Both the position numbers and the translations under genes were made by a program. A DNA stretch of 64,000 bases, taken from NCBI GenBank assembly GCA_001643675.2, contig LSRY02000056.1:124001-188000 (forward strand), given 5' to 3'. The notes under the pieces are model-generated. The model ran no database searches and was not told the DNA's origin. It saw nothing but the letters and a program-made list of their open reading frames with translations. Source of the stretch: Monocercomonoides exilis PA203 (taxonomy: Eukaryota > Protista > Preaxostyla). Below, piece after piece: positions 11,001-24,335 of the stretch (position 1 is its first letter; the number at the start of each line of letters is the position of its first letter).

Positions 11001-13005
11001 GAAGAAGTTGAAACAGGACGGCTTGTCTTGTTGAGTTTTGGTGTGCGCAACACTTTGCTCTCCTTAGTTTTGACTTGAGGTGTTTTTTCATTGTCCATTT
11101 GCTCAGCTTTTTCCGATTCTTCTGCTTCTTTCTCATCTTCTTTTTTTTCTGCCATCAACTCTTCTTCTCTCTTCAGTTCTTCTTCTTTCTCTTTTTCTTG
11201 TTCCTTAACCTTCTGCAACACTTTCTCTTGATCTGCAAACCTCACATTTGAAACAAGTTTGTTAAAAGTGATTTTGTCACTTGTTGTCTGTCGAACAGAT
11301 TGAGGTTTGGAAGAAGATGAAACAAAAGAAGAAGAAGAAGAAGAAGGAGAAGCATCTGACACAGCAGCAACTTTTTGCGCAATTTTCTTTTGAGAAGTTG
11401 GCGTTTTCAGCTGAGTTGCTGCGCTTCTGGAAGCATTTTTTGGAGTTGCCGATGTTTTGTTTATTGAGGATTCATTTTCTTCCTCGTCTTCTTCGCAGAC
11501 GCTGTCAACAAGCTGCCTCCAAATGAGATCAAGTTGGAACATTAGAATGTCATCATCAGCCTGTTCCTGCGCTGATCTACGTATCTCTTTAGCTTTTTCT
11601 CGCAACAGCGAAGCAGCAGCTGGCAATTTAGAAAGGGTTTGATCAACAGATGATTGTGAAGAAGCTGAAGCCGAAGCGGAAGCGGAAGAGGAAACAGAAG
11701 AAGATGCAGAAACAGAAACAGCACCAGAAGAAGAATCAATTGTTGCAGTTGCTGTTGTTGATGAAGATTTTGATCCTGTTTGAGAAGGCGCTTTTGAAGA
11801 ACTTGGGGCAATCCATTCATTTGGCATCACAAAGACAGGCACATTCATGTGAGCAAAAGATGTCAAAGCCAACTGGATGTTGTGCATGCGCTCTTTCTCT
11901 GTTGAAGGCAGGCCATACACAGCAGACAAAGAAGATGGAGGAGCTGACGATGAACTAGAAGCTAATGGAGTTGATTTGCTTTTTTCTGAAGAATGAGTAG
12001 ATTGCGTTTGATTCGAAGATTTCAGTATTTTCTTTTTCTCTTTTTCTTCGTTTTTCTCATTTTGCAATGATGTTCCACATTCTTTTTCTGAGTTGTCAGA
12101 CAAAGATTCCTTTTCTTGCTTTTCTAAGGTTTCTGGCACCCATTCTTTGCCTCCCCCACATGAAAGACATACCATGCAAATAACAGTTCCAGATGAAAAT
12201 ATATCTCTTCTCAGTTGTAAGTTTCCTTTTTTGTGCAGCTGAGGAGGAAGAACCCATCCGTAATGGGCACATCTTTCAGTATACCACGCAAACATATCAC
12301 GTGCACGAGACCAAATCCCTCTCATTACATAAATATCAAACATTTCTCGCATCAAAGAAACTGTGGGACCCGAGTCCCCCACATATATTTGTTGTGGAGT
12401 CGGCATATTTTTAACATGAGGCGATCGAGCCCAAATCACATTCAAAGCTTTCTCGATGTTCTGAACGCAAGGACGCTCTGTTTGGGTTCCAGAAAGAACA
12501 CCAATAATTTGAATCTTCTTTTTGGGCGACGTTAATGAATTTCCCAACGCTTCTTGTTCTGTTATAATAAAAAAGAAGTTTAAAAGACAAAAAATCAAAA
12601 AAGACAATAAAACCTTCATAATACGCGTCTGAAAGCAATTGAACCAATTCACATAAAACTTCTCCAGATGAAAATACTTCGAACATATCGTCCTCGGGAA
12701 CAAGCTGCAAAAGAGCACGTATCCATCTGAAATACTGTCAATCAAAATGCACGAAATTAGAAAAATATCAAAATTCATTAAACAGTGATTACATACAAAT
12801 TCTATTGCATTTCGTGCTTTGTGTTCAGAATTTTATGTTCCCAATTTAAGCAAAATTCAATAATTAATAAATTCGTATTATTTGGTATGAAAAACAATGC
12901 AGATGAATTATGTCACAATAAAACATTTATAAAACAAAAAACATATAATATCAAACAGATTTTAAGTTGTTTTGATGCCTCTAAAATTTTCTTTTGCACG
13001 TTCAT
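8095..13005 (-). CDS. Large cytoskeletal-type protein: two N-terminal calponin-homology (CH)-like domains, long disordered S/K/E/P-rich middle, possible C-terminal PH-like domain
   Basis: Manual splice model: MNVQKKILEASKQLKI|SRNAIEF|YFRWIRALL..DMFEVFSSGEVLCELVQLLS..|..NIEKALNVI..QQIYVGDSGPTVSLMREMF (CH1), then DIFSSGTVICMV..NIQLALTSF..DDDILMFQLDLIW (CH2). Two further 3' exons end at TGA 8097-8095. The N and C termini of the ORF-track translation are intronic read-through. Confidence 0.7.
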
Positions 13006-13402
13006 TCAAATTTGTGATCTTTTCCATTACAAACATTTGAGATTTATTGATTTTTTTTTTTCAGAAAAACAAAGCAAACATATTAAGAAAATTGAACAAT
13101 TGCTTTCGTTGTTAGGATTAAATATAGAATGAATAGAAAATACAACAAATAGATATGGCAAAAAATACCGAAATAAACACGAATTAAAAGAGGCAAAACA
13201 TGTTCAAAAACAAAGCATCAATAAATGCGAAAAAGATTAGAGTGTACAAAGAAGGATTAAAATTCCATCATTGTTTTTTAAATGAAATGAAACCAAAAAT
13301 AAAGAGTTTATTCTACTTATAAAACTTCCAAAAAAACATAACTATAATTCAATTCTTCATTCATTATTTTGAAGAAGAAGAAGAAGGTGTTTTTGCAGAT
13401 GC

Positions 13403-15930
13403 CTACGAAGAGGAAGAAGAGGACGATGACGATGAGTGAGCAGAAGCCTTCTCTGCTCCCTCTTCGATCACCTTCAGTTGTGTAAGGAAGTCTTCCTTGT
13501 ACTTGTTCCTGATGAACTCACGCTTCATCTTGAAGGAAGCAGTCAGGCACTTGTTGGTGTCAGTCCATTCGTCTTCACACAGCACAATTCCTTTTGGAAT
13601 CTCAAACCTTCTCACTCTGTCTGGATTGGCCTCGCTCGTCTTCTTCAGCTCCTTCAGCAAGAAGCTCATCACAGCTGGGTCGTGCTGCAGCGCCTGGCGG
13701 AGCGAAAGCTGACAGTGGAATGTGTCTGAAGAACCTGATGCTTCAGAAGAAGAAGAAGATGATGATGTTGAAGAGGCAGAAGCCGATTTAGCATCAGAAT
13801 CTGCAGTGCTAACTGTTGGCTCCTGCTTCCCAGCACCAGCCTTCCCTTCTCTCCATCTCTTCACTGCGCCATCTGCCCAGCTGTCAGAGCCAGTCTCCTC
13901 TTTCTTCTCTTCACTCAGCAGAAGATCCCACTCAGGCACAACAAACGCCACCAGCGCAGATGCTGTCGATGGGCCATACAGCATAATCTGCCGGGTGTAC
14001 TCGTTCTTCTCCACAAACACCTCTTCCAGACGCTCAGCACAGATGAACTCTCCCTGCGACAGCTTGAAGATGTTCTTCCTTCTGTCAATAATCTTCAGCG
14101 ACGGCTGCTTCTTCCCGTCGTCGTCGAGATACGGGCCAGGCACCCACATCCCCACATCTCCTGTCTTGAAGAACCCGTCCTCGTCAAACGCCTCCTTCGT
14201 GCCTTCCTCGTCTTTGTAGTATCCCTGGAAGATCTGAGGCCCTCTGACCAGAATCTCCCCCCGCGGATACGGCTTGTCAGTGACATAGTAGTCCATCTCT
14301 GGGATGGACTTCAACCGAACTTCAGAGAACTGATAGGGCACACCAATGGACCCGTTGTCAAAGGCTGTGATCTGCCCGCACGTGACACACGCTGTTGTCT
14401 CAGTGAGGCCATATCCCTCAGCAATGATGCATCCCATGCAGGTTGAGATGAACTCGCTGATGTTCACAGGAAGAGACGCTGCACCGTTGTAGATCAGTCG
14501 CACACGCCCTCCCATCTTCTCTTTGATCTGGTTGAAGACAAGATAGTCTGAAAGTGCTGCCTTCTCATCTGAAGATGTCGATAATGCCACAAGAGAAGCA
14601 TCAGATCATAACATTATCATTCCATTAGCAATCACAAAAATTATGTTATTGTTGAAATTTTAAAGATTAATAAACAAAATAATAAAAAAAAGAAAAAGTC
14701 AACATAATTTCTCTTGCATTAGAACAAAATAAGAGCAAACGAGGAAATCCTGCTTTCAAAGTCTTCAGCTTTGAATTGAATGCGACGTTAAAGGCCCAGC
14801 GCTTCATAAAGTTTGCTGCCTCAATTTGACTGTGAATTTTTGCATATGTTTTGGAAAACACACGAGGAACACCTTTTTTATTATAATTTTGTCAAAATTA
14901 TAAACAACAACCCACCACATACTTTAAATAAACAAATAAGGAAAAGAAAAAGCAAACCAGGAAGAATTGTTGGACGAAGAGTAGCAATATCATCACTGAT
15001 CGTCGTCATTGTGCCCGAAAAGAATCCAATTCCGCAGCCAAATTGAAGAATTGTAATTTCAAGAATTCGAGCAAAAATATGTGCAAGTGGTAAATATGAA
15101 ATAAGATAATCCTGCTCCCCGTCTTTTGGTGGTGTAGCTCGGGACATCAATTGAACAGCAGAAGCAGAAGCATTTCTGTGGCTAATAATTGCTCCTTTTG
15201 GTGTTCCAGTTGTTCCTGAAGTGTAAACAATAGTGAAAATTGAATCAGGTGTTGGTGGCTGATCTTCAACTGGATTGGCTTTTCCAAGTGCCACCACTTC
15301 TGAAAACTTATATGATGCACCTTCTGGACGAGGAGCATCAGGATTTAAAGGATCATCAACAACAATCACATGCTCGAGCAAGGGTGCTTTTCCAGATGAC
15401 TTGATCTCTTTCACAAATTCCAATTTATCCTGCGTTAAAACAATAGCTTTCATATCTGAATGAATTATAATAAATTGGCACTCTGCAGCCTGATATGAAT
15501 CATAAACTGGCACAGACACTAAACTCTGCGAAGCACAAGAGTAATCTGTAACGGACCATTCAGGGCAATTTTTCATGAAAATACCAACTTTGTCATTTGG
15601 TTCTAATCCAAGTTTTTTAAGTCCAGAAGCAAAACATGTAACTATTTCCCCAACTTGTTTATATTTCATAAAAATGTATGGACCCTGAAAACACAGAACA
15701 ATAAAAAAATATATATTTTAAAAAATGAAATCTCCATTAATTGAGTTATTTCAAACCTTCTTTTTACTGCCTGGTATAGGCTGACGAAATCCTAGAAAAT
15801 CGTTATTTGAATACTTTGCAACGCATTCCCTGAAAATTCTGTGAACAGTCAGTCCTTCAATTTGGTAATAAGAACGAGAATAAGGAGTTAATTTTTTTGT
15901 TGTATGAATTTCTGTGGTATCTGAACTCAT
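13403..15930 (-). CDS. ACSL: Long-chain fatty acyl-CoA synthetase (AMP-binding), 4 exons
   Basis: YTSGTTGTPKG A3 motif, SYLPLAHIF, EGYGLTET, FFKTGDVG, IIDRRKNIFKLSQGEFI; ATG at 15930. Confidence 0.96.
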
Positions 15931-16042
15931 CAGAAAGGTAAAACTGTAAAATAATTAACTGATCAAACAAGTATATTTATTATTTTGAAAACATAAACTA
16001 TGCCCCTGTGATCACTTTTAGATCAAAATTGTTTGTTGAGAA

Positions 16043-17645
16043 ATGAAGGTTTGCCACTCATGAAAGCGAAAAGCATTCATTTTCGAATGAAATATAATTA
16101 CTCTTTAAATTTATCTTTTTTCATATCGAAAAATTTAGCTCAATATTTCATACCCAGCCACTGGGCAGCAAAAGTTGATTGAGATCAACGATGAGCAGAA
16201 GATGTTTGTAGTATTCACCAAAGCTTTTTGATATATGAGTTTTATTGCGTTTTTTCTATATGCAACTTTTAGCCACATCTTCATGGAAAAGCAGATGGGT
16301 CAGGAAGTTGATGGAAGTGCTTTGGGTGAAGAATTCAAAGGATACATTTTCAAGATCTCTGGCGGAAACGACAAACAGGGATTCCCAATGAAACAGGGTA
16401 TTTTGTCTGCAAATCGTGTTCGTATTATCCTCAAGAAAGGTATAGACATTTTCTTGAATTATCTTTTTTATTGATCAACTTCTGAACAAATGTATTTGAA
16501 TACGGTTAGGTGATAAATGCTTCCGTGAACGTAGAGAAGGAGAGAGAAAGAGAAAGTCTGTTCGTGGATGCATTGTGTCCAACGATATCTGTGTTTTGGA
16601 TTTGGTCATCACAAAGAAGGGACCAAAGGACATTGAAGGAATCACAGACAAGCCAAGGCCCAGACGTCTCGGACCAAAAAGAGCTGGAAACATCCGCAAA
16701 CTCTTCGGATTGCCAAAGACAGCTGATGTGAGGAAATATGTTATCCGTAGGAAGTTACCAAAGGGAGGATCAAAGGCACCAAAGATCCAAAGACTTATCA
16801 CTCCACTTCGCATTGCTCGTAAGAAGTATCTCGCAAAGAAGAAGATTGCATCAGCAAAGAAGACAACAAAAGAGCTTCTTGCCTACAAGAAGATGCTTCT
16901 TGAGAAGAGAAATGAGAAGAAGAAGGAAGCCATTGAGAAGGCCAGAAAGAAGTTGCAACTCAAGAAGTTGAAGGAGAAGAAGGAAGCCAAAAAGAGATGG
17001 CTGAAAAAGATTGCCAGCATCGAAAAGAAGACAGGAAAGAAATACGTTGTTGCTCCAAAGAAGCCAAAGACAAAGAAAGTTGAGGTTGCCCAAAAAGTTG
17101 ATACAAAGAAATACGATGTTGATAATGTTGACAAATCACACAAAGCCGCTCCATTGCCAGCAATCTTGCTTGCTGAGCTCGACAAGAAATCAGGGAAGAA
17201 ATCAAAAGCAACAAAGGGATCTGCAAAGACTGCCACAAAAGCCCCAGCAAAGACAGTTGCTCCAGCAAAGAAGGCAACAAAGGAAACACCAAAAACTGTT
17301 ACAAAAGCAACAAAAGTTGAGAAGAAAGTTGCAACAAAAGAAGCACCAAAGGCAGCAGCCAAAGCCACAAAAGCAACAAAAGAAGTGAAACCAACAAAAG
17401 CAGCCAAGCCCGCAAAGGAAGCTCCAAAAACTGCGCAGAAAGCAGCTCCAAAGGCAGCCCCAAAATCCACATCAAAAGCAACTGAAAAAGTTGCAAAGAA
17501 GGCTGAACCTAAGGCTGCACCAAAAGCATCTCAAAAGGCTTCACCAAAACCCAAACAAGCTCCAGCTCCATCAAAATCTGCTCCAAAGACAACTAAAAAA
17601 GCTGCACCAAAAGCAGCAGCAAAATCTGCGCCAAAGAAAAAGTAA
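16043..17645 (+). CDS. RPS6: 40S ribosomal protein eS6 with a long Lys/Ala/Pro/Thr-rich C-terminal extension (~457 aa)
   Basis: Exons 16043-16048, 16139-16203, 16273-16439, 16510-17645: MK|[60 protein letters not shown]. Confidence 0.97.
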
Positions 17646-17952
17646 ACGCTTTTTGATTTTGGCTGGATAGTTGTTTTTTTAAATGCACGTCAATCTCAAC
17701 AAACTAAAATTATTTCGCATACAATAAAATTAATGTATTTTTATTTCACATGAAAAGTTGTGAAATGTGCAACGAGAGTCGCATATTCATTCTGCAAACA
17801 TGAGTCATAATTTTTCTTGATATGCTGTTGAACGTATATGTGAAAAAATATTATTGATTCTTTTCATTATAAGCCAGTACTGAGGTTTGAAAAATTGACA
17901 AAATGGATTAAAGATTTATTAATGGCAAGAGATCAGCATTTTTTTAATCATC

Positions 17953-19057
17953 ATGAAGATCGTGGAATACAGGACACAGCTGCCAATTGGAATGGATGAG
18001 TTTCTTATAGGCCAACTGTTTGCAGCGAACCTTAAAAGCTAAATAATGAAACTATTTGTTTTTTAAATGTTATAGATATATGGTTGCAAAAGCGTCTGCA
18101 CAAAACAGTGGGGGAGGTGATGGTATCGAAGTTCTTAAAAACGAGCCATTTGTTAAGGATGGAGTAAATGGCATTTACACTTTTAAGGTTTTATTTATTT
18201 TATGCATAACTTTTATCATTCGTATTTTGTAATTTGCCTTTATTTTTTGAAATTTTTTGAATTTTCGAATGAAACTTAATGAACATAGCGCATGCACATT
18301 GCATCAAGGGTTCCAAAATTCTTACGAGTAATTCTCCCAAAGAATGCTTTGATATTGGAAGAAGAATCGTGGAATGCCTTTCCATATACGAAAACTATGT
18401 ATACAAATCCATGGCTAAAGAAAGATTTTTCTTTGACAATAGAGTCAATGCACATTGAAGGAGCAGGGCCCGTTGATAATGTGCGAAATTTTTATTATCT
18501 GAACCATTTGCAAAAATAATTATTAATGAATTCGTTATTAGGCCCTTAAACTGACGGATAAAGAATTGAAAATGAGAAAAATTGAAGTAATTGATCTTGG
18601 AGACAAAGTTGTATGCAATTTTTATAATTTCTATTCTTTGTGATTTATTGAATATATAATTATATGTATTATAATTCAATTGAAAGAAAACAAAATCAAA
18701 AGAGTACAAATGCAGCGAAGACTGCACTGTTTTCAAATCTGCAAAAACAGGAAGAGGACCTCTTGCGCCAAAGTGGTGGGAGAAAGCAGAAGAAAAAGGA
18801 TGGCCAGTAATGACAGCTTACAAAGTGATGAAGCTACACTTCAAATGGTTTGGGCTCCAGACGATTGTGGAGAATTACGCGGCGTCGCTTTGCAAGAATG
18901 TGTTTGGAAATGCACACAGACAGCAGTTCTGCTGGATTGACGAGTATTACGGGATGACCATGGACGATGTGCGTGCATTCGAGAAGCAACAGCAACAGGC
19001 AGCGATTAAGGTTTCTAAACATATAGCTTGGAATCATTTTGCTAATTTATGGATTTT

Positions 19058-19121
<64 letters not shown>

Positions 19122-19667
19122 TTTGTAATTCTTATTGTATTTTTGTATCTTTTTTGCTGATCAAAATCTTCAATATTAATTGAATATGCGCCTTCTCTCC
19201 TTTCTGATAAATGATTAATCAATTGAATGATATCACAAAAGGGTCTGTCTGAAGCACCGGTTGCTCCTCAAGACGACGACGAAGAAGAGAAAACAGCCAC
19301 TCCACAGCCATCTGCAACAGAAGCGCCGTCGTCAGCCACGCCATCTGAAGACACAACAGCCCCAGCCATTTCATCAGAGCAGCCTTCCTCCTCTGCCACT
19401 CCTTCTGCAAACCCTTCTGAAGCAGCTCCTGTTAGCACGACTGCCCCTTCTTCTGCTTCAGATCCAGCTGATGAGTCAAAAACAGGGGCAATTTCAGTTC
19501 AAAAGACTGACACAGCACCAGAAGCAGAGGCTTCTGGAACATTGACAGGAGACAAAGAGCATCCAGCTGATCTGACTGTGAAGGATTCAACAGAACAATC
19601 AGCCCCGTCTGCATCGGAGGCGAACAGCGCAGACAAAGAAATTCATGAAGAGAAAAAAGAAGAGTAA
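17953..19667 (+). CDS. Phosphatidylinositol transfer protein (START-like PITP family) with an S/A/P/E-rich tail
   Basis: [22 protein letters not shown]|[63 protein letters not shown]; multi-exon. Confidence 0.93.
19058..19120. repeat. (TTTC)n microsatellite in a PITP intron
   Basis: About 15 tandem TTTC units. Confidence 0.95.
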
Positions 19668-20068
19668 ATATTTCCATTTAATGATAACATGATGCGATGA
19701 AAAATTGATTGGGAAATCAAAAAAAGATATATGTAGAGAGACAGTGGATAGTTATTTTTATGCTGTCTTTTGTTTTATTGATTTTTTTAAATCACTCTTT
19801 TCAATATGTTAATAATGTTTGCTTTTTATTTTCTTGTTTTTTAGTATTCACTCATTTCATTTTTTTTATAATTTTTATAATTCACTCAATAAAGACAATT
19901 CAGCATATGACTTTGTTCATATTTTGCTCTTACCGTAATTGCATTTTTATCACAAATATAATACCCCACAAACATCTAGCTTTCATTTATAACGATTAGA
20001 ATGAAATGCTGTGAAAATGTTAAATTTTAAATTTCAAAATATTCTATATAGGGAATTGATCAATTTTT

Positions 20069-20957
20069 ATGAGTCAGAATTCATTATCTGTTTGCTTTTT
20101 TTATCAATTTGTTTTATTTTGAAAACAGTCATCATGAATAATAAATCAGGGTAAAAAGAAAAACTTTCAAGTCCATGCTGGAGCACAAAAACGCACGAAC
20201 ATTGAAGTTTCAAAACCTTCGGGGACTACTGCTGATGTTTGAATTTTACCCCCAAATATTTTGAAATATTTATATAATGTATTTTTTTTTTTTTTTTTTT
20301 TAATTTTCGTTGAATAGTTTTTAAATTTTCTTTCATTGAAAGAAAAGGAAAAAGAAGAATATGATAAAAAGATGAAAGAAAAAATGCACAAATCTGCTCT
20401 AGAAAAGGCAGAATTGTTAAACAATGCTTTAAAAAACAATATGCAAAATAGTAAAACGGAAAATTCATCTTTTACTGAAAATCAAGAGTCAGAAAAGCCG
20501 CACGAAACAAGTGTATGTTTTGTTTCATTAATAAAATGAAGACCATTCTCAAAATTATTATTATAAGGGAAATATAAAGCCCGAAGAAATTGCTAATCGA
20601 CTTAAAGAAGCAATTGAACTTTCTGAACGTTTGAAAGGCGAGGACTTTTCTCGATCATTTGAAAATTCAAAATCTGTTGAGACTGAAAAAGGGAAATCTT
20701 CTTCAAAAACTGAAACACTAGAAGAATCACAATCTATTCCATCTCCTTTAGCTGAACAAACAACATCTTCAAACCAAAATACAACTAATTCTTCTGATAA
20801 ATCATCATGCTCATTTGTTTCAAAAACGATAAAAATAATTTTGGTGCTTTTTGTCAGCTCTTTATTAGTGTATTTAATTTTGGCAGCTTCAGCCAATATC
20901 GATTTTGTTTTACATCCTGAGAAATATTTCCCTCCTCAATTTGAAAAGCCACGCTAA
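20069..20957 (+). CDS. Hypothetical protein with a C-terminal transmembrane helix
   Basis: Spliced MSQNSLS|GKKKNFQVHAGAQKR..; last exon contains IILVLFVSSLLVYLILAAS; TAA at 20955-20957. Confidence 0.65.
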
Positions 20958-21142
20958 ATAATCTAAGTAATATTTGATAAATCATATCATTTATATTTTT
21001 TTTGAAGACATTTCATTTATTTTTAATTCTTGTGTATATATAAAATATTACGGAAAAAAAATATCGAAACCATTCATATTCGTTTAATAATCACAATGAT
21101 TTTTAAAAGTAATGGGACATCATTTTTTTGTTGTGTTGAAAG

Positions 21143-22139
21143 ATGAACGTGGATATTACAAATGTCGTTATTTTAAATAATCCCACCGCATATTTAAATC
21201 CTTTTCAATTTCAAATATCTTTTGAGTGCTTTAAGCCTATAAGCGATGGTATGAAAGAGAAATGAGATTTAAATATTGAGATTGTTTTTTGCATGATATA
21301 AAAATCTGATCGATAAAAAATCATAAGAAACAAATATTTCCATTTTCTATTTTTATTTGTTCTAAATTTACTCGAATTGTTTCTTTTTTTAAAGAACTCA
21401 TTTTCTTTTTATGTTTATGTTAAGATCTTGAATGGAGAGTGGTGTATATTGGGTCACCAGAAAGCACTGCAAATGATCAAGAATTAGAATCTGTACTTGT
21501 TGGTCCAGTTGCGCTTGGAAAGTCAATGTTTGTTTTGCAAGTGTGTATTTTTTTGAAAAAAATTTCATAATCACAGTAAAATTTTGTAAATTTTGATTTT
21601 TGTTCAAATTACGCAAAATCTATTTAAATATGCAATTTTTTAATAACTGCTAATATCAGGCTCCCGCTCCTGATCCAAGTAAAATACCAAATTCTGATCT
21701 TATTGGGGTAACAGCAATTCTTCTCTCTTGCCATTATCGCGAACAAGAATTTATTCGCGTTGGCTATTATCTTAAAAACGAATACACTGATCCAATATTG
21801 GCTGAAACACCACCTGAGGTATTTTTTATCCTTTTTTTAATATTTTTGTATATATTTTGATCAATCATATCCTTAAGACGCCTGATTGCTCAAAAATAAC
21901 AAGGACTATCATTGATGAACCAAGAATAACCAGATTTCAAATTAATTGGAATAAGGTATTGAAAAAAGTATTTTTGAATTTTTTTTCAAAAATGTTTTAT
22001 TCTTTTTATTTACTAGGGAGAACCTGGGTCTGAAGTGCAAGATTTTCCTCCAGAACCATCAGCCGAGGAATTAGCTGAAATAGAAAAAGAATTTGATGGA
22101 AAAGATACAAAAGGAATGGAAGAAGACAAATCAACATAA
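21143..22139 (+). CDS. ASF1: Histone H3/H4 chaperone ASF1 (5 exons, absent from ORF track)
   Basis: MNVDITNVVILNNP..NPFQFQISFEC..DLEWRVVYIGSPES..DQELESVLVGP..APAPDPSKIP..GVTAILLSCHYREQEFIRVGYY..PRITRFQINW. Confidence 0.96.
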
Positions 22140-22301
22140 GTGTTAATACTATTTTTCTCTTTAAAATATACATTTTATTTTTTGCGAAGGGTCAGTCTTT
22201 TTGTTTCATTCATTTCGCACTTCTCAGTGATCATTTTTCATTTAACCAACATAAAAAATTTGTTAATATCGATCAATTCCTTAATAAGATAAATCAAATC
22301 G

Positions 22302-22661
22302 ATGGGAGGAGGAAACGGCTGTAAGGCTAAAAAAGCCCAAGAAAGAAAAGCTGCTCATGCTCAAACTGGTAGCAAAGCTAAAAGTCAACTTAAATCAAAT
22401 GCCAAAGCGCAAAACATTATTTGCCAACAGTGCAAGGTTTAATCTAATTTGTGATCAAAATATTTTTAGAGAGAAAATCTAACAATGATTGTATTTAACT
22501 TTTTAAATATCAATTTTCTTTTTATTATACATTCGTTATTATTATAATAACAGCAATCATTCATGTGCACAACAAATGAAGGTCAAATGAGACAACATGC
22601 TGAGAGTCGTCACCCGACTTACACTGCACATGATTGCTTCCCTGACCATATCCCAGCATAA
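22302..22661 (+). CDS. Small C2H2 zinc-finger protein, ZNF706/At2g23090/MBS1-like (2 exons, ~80 aa)
   Basis: MGGGNGCKAKKAQERK..KSQLKSNAKAQNIICQQCK|QSFMCTT..QHAESRHP..CFP. Confidence 0.9.
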
Positions 22662-23046
22662 TATGTATATATACGTCAATTCAAAAAAGATGTTTACAAC
22701 TTGTTGAAAACTTCTCTCCATTCGCATTGTTCATAATTTTTTATTGAACCTTAAACACCCATACGCTTTTATTTGTTAAGAATAATTTCTTATTAACTGG
22801 TAGAAATAAATAGTTATTTTTAAATAATTATGTATTTTTTATTAAAGAATTTAAAAAATTGAAAAAATTTAAAGAAATGATAAGAATTAATGGATTTCTG
22901 AAGAAATATATTGTTTATTTAATAATACTTGAAATTCAAATTGTAATATACAATATTATGAGATAAATTTTCATTTTTCATTTTCATTTTTATTTCGTTA
23001 TCAAAAACATATCATTTCTGCCCATTATTGTTTGTTAAAGATAATC

Positions 23047-24335
23047 ATGGGGATAAATTCTTCAATTATCAAGCTTTTTACTTGCAGGTTTCAAAATCCA
23101 AATGATCCCGTGGATGATGTTTGCCTTTTGACAATGAGCTTTGAATGTTTTTTAATGATTTTTTCTTTATTTAAACAATTTAGAATGAACAACATACAAA
23201 TGAAGAAACGGGAAATGTTCGAGAACATCCCCTTCCAACTGTTCGCAATCAGCATGCATCAACACCTCAAGCAAAAGCAGCTGCAAGAAGATTGCCCGCA
23301 CCAAGAGCTGTTCCCACGCATGCAAAAACAGCTCGTCGACCTCCACGAAGGATTGCCGAGCAAAGATCAAGGAACAGAGAGGAATCAGATGAAGAATCTG
23401 AAGAAGGAAGCAATGAAAATAGAGAAAACGAACAAGCACCACTTCCCAAACCGAAAGCAACTCAAGTTAAAATGAATGCAAAGCAGCTGGCAAAACTTGA
23501 AAAAAAACGAGAGAAGCAGGAAGCTCATCAAGCGTTACAGCGAGAAATAGCAGAGAAAAAACGAATTCAAGAAGAAAAATGGAAAGCAGAAGATGAACGT
23601 CGAGCAAGAGAAGAAGAAGAAGAAAAGAAAAAAGAGGCATTGAGGAAGAAAAAAATAGAAGAAGAAAGAGAGAAAGAAAGACAGCGTTACGAAAAGGAAA
23701 AGCACAAAATTCAATTAATAGATGAAGGAAATGCGCAAACTGAAGCAAAAAAAGCAGAGGAAGTTATGAGAAATGAAATATCAACTTTTATTCGATTTGT
23801 TGCAAAAAAACGGACAGTATCAATGGAAGAGATAGCCACGCAATTTGGAATTTCTGCTCCCGATGCAGTTGAGCGAATTAGTTCGCTGCTTTCATCAGGG
23901 TCGCTTACAGGAGTGCTGGATGATCGAGGGAAATTTATCTATTTCAAACCAGAAGAGCTTAATTCAATAGCAGAATGGGTTGAAAGGAAAGGAAGAGTTT
24001 CAATTGTGGAGCTAACGGAATATGCAAATGACTTATTGAGCGAATCAATAAGGAAGGAAACGTTGAAAAGAGAAGAGAGAAGAAGGAAGAGAAAAGAAGA
24101 AGGCAAAAATGAAGAAGATGAAGAAGGTGATGATGACGATGATGATGAAGACGAAGACGAAGAAGAAGAAGAAGAAGAAGAAGAAGGTAATGATAGCATT
24201 GAGACTGAAGATGGTGAAAATAATGAAGACGAAGACGAAGAGAGCGGAAAAGAAGAGAATGAAGACGAGAACGAAGGAAGTGAAGATGGAGGCAGTGAGG
24301 TTGATGAAGACGAAGAGAAAGAAGCAGGAAATTGA
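23047..24335 (+). CDS. DDRGK1: DDRGK domain protein (UFBP1, UFM1 E3 adaptor) with an acidic tail; start uncertain
   Basis: Coiled coil followed by a winged-helix region LSSGSLTGVLDDRGKFIYF..KGRVSIVEL. Confidence 0.9.

Noticed and set aside
16883-17470. Long antisense ORFs opposite RPS6, RTF1, SufDSU, CK1 and the LRR gene (e.g. 33135-34157, 46170-47141, 55765-56520)
   Set aside because: Shadow ORFs of GC-rich or low-complexity coding strands.
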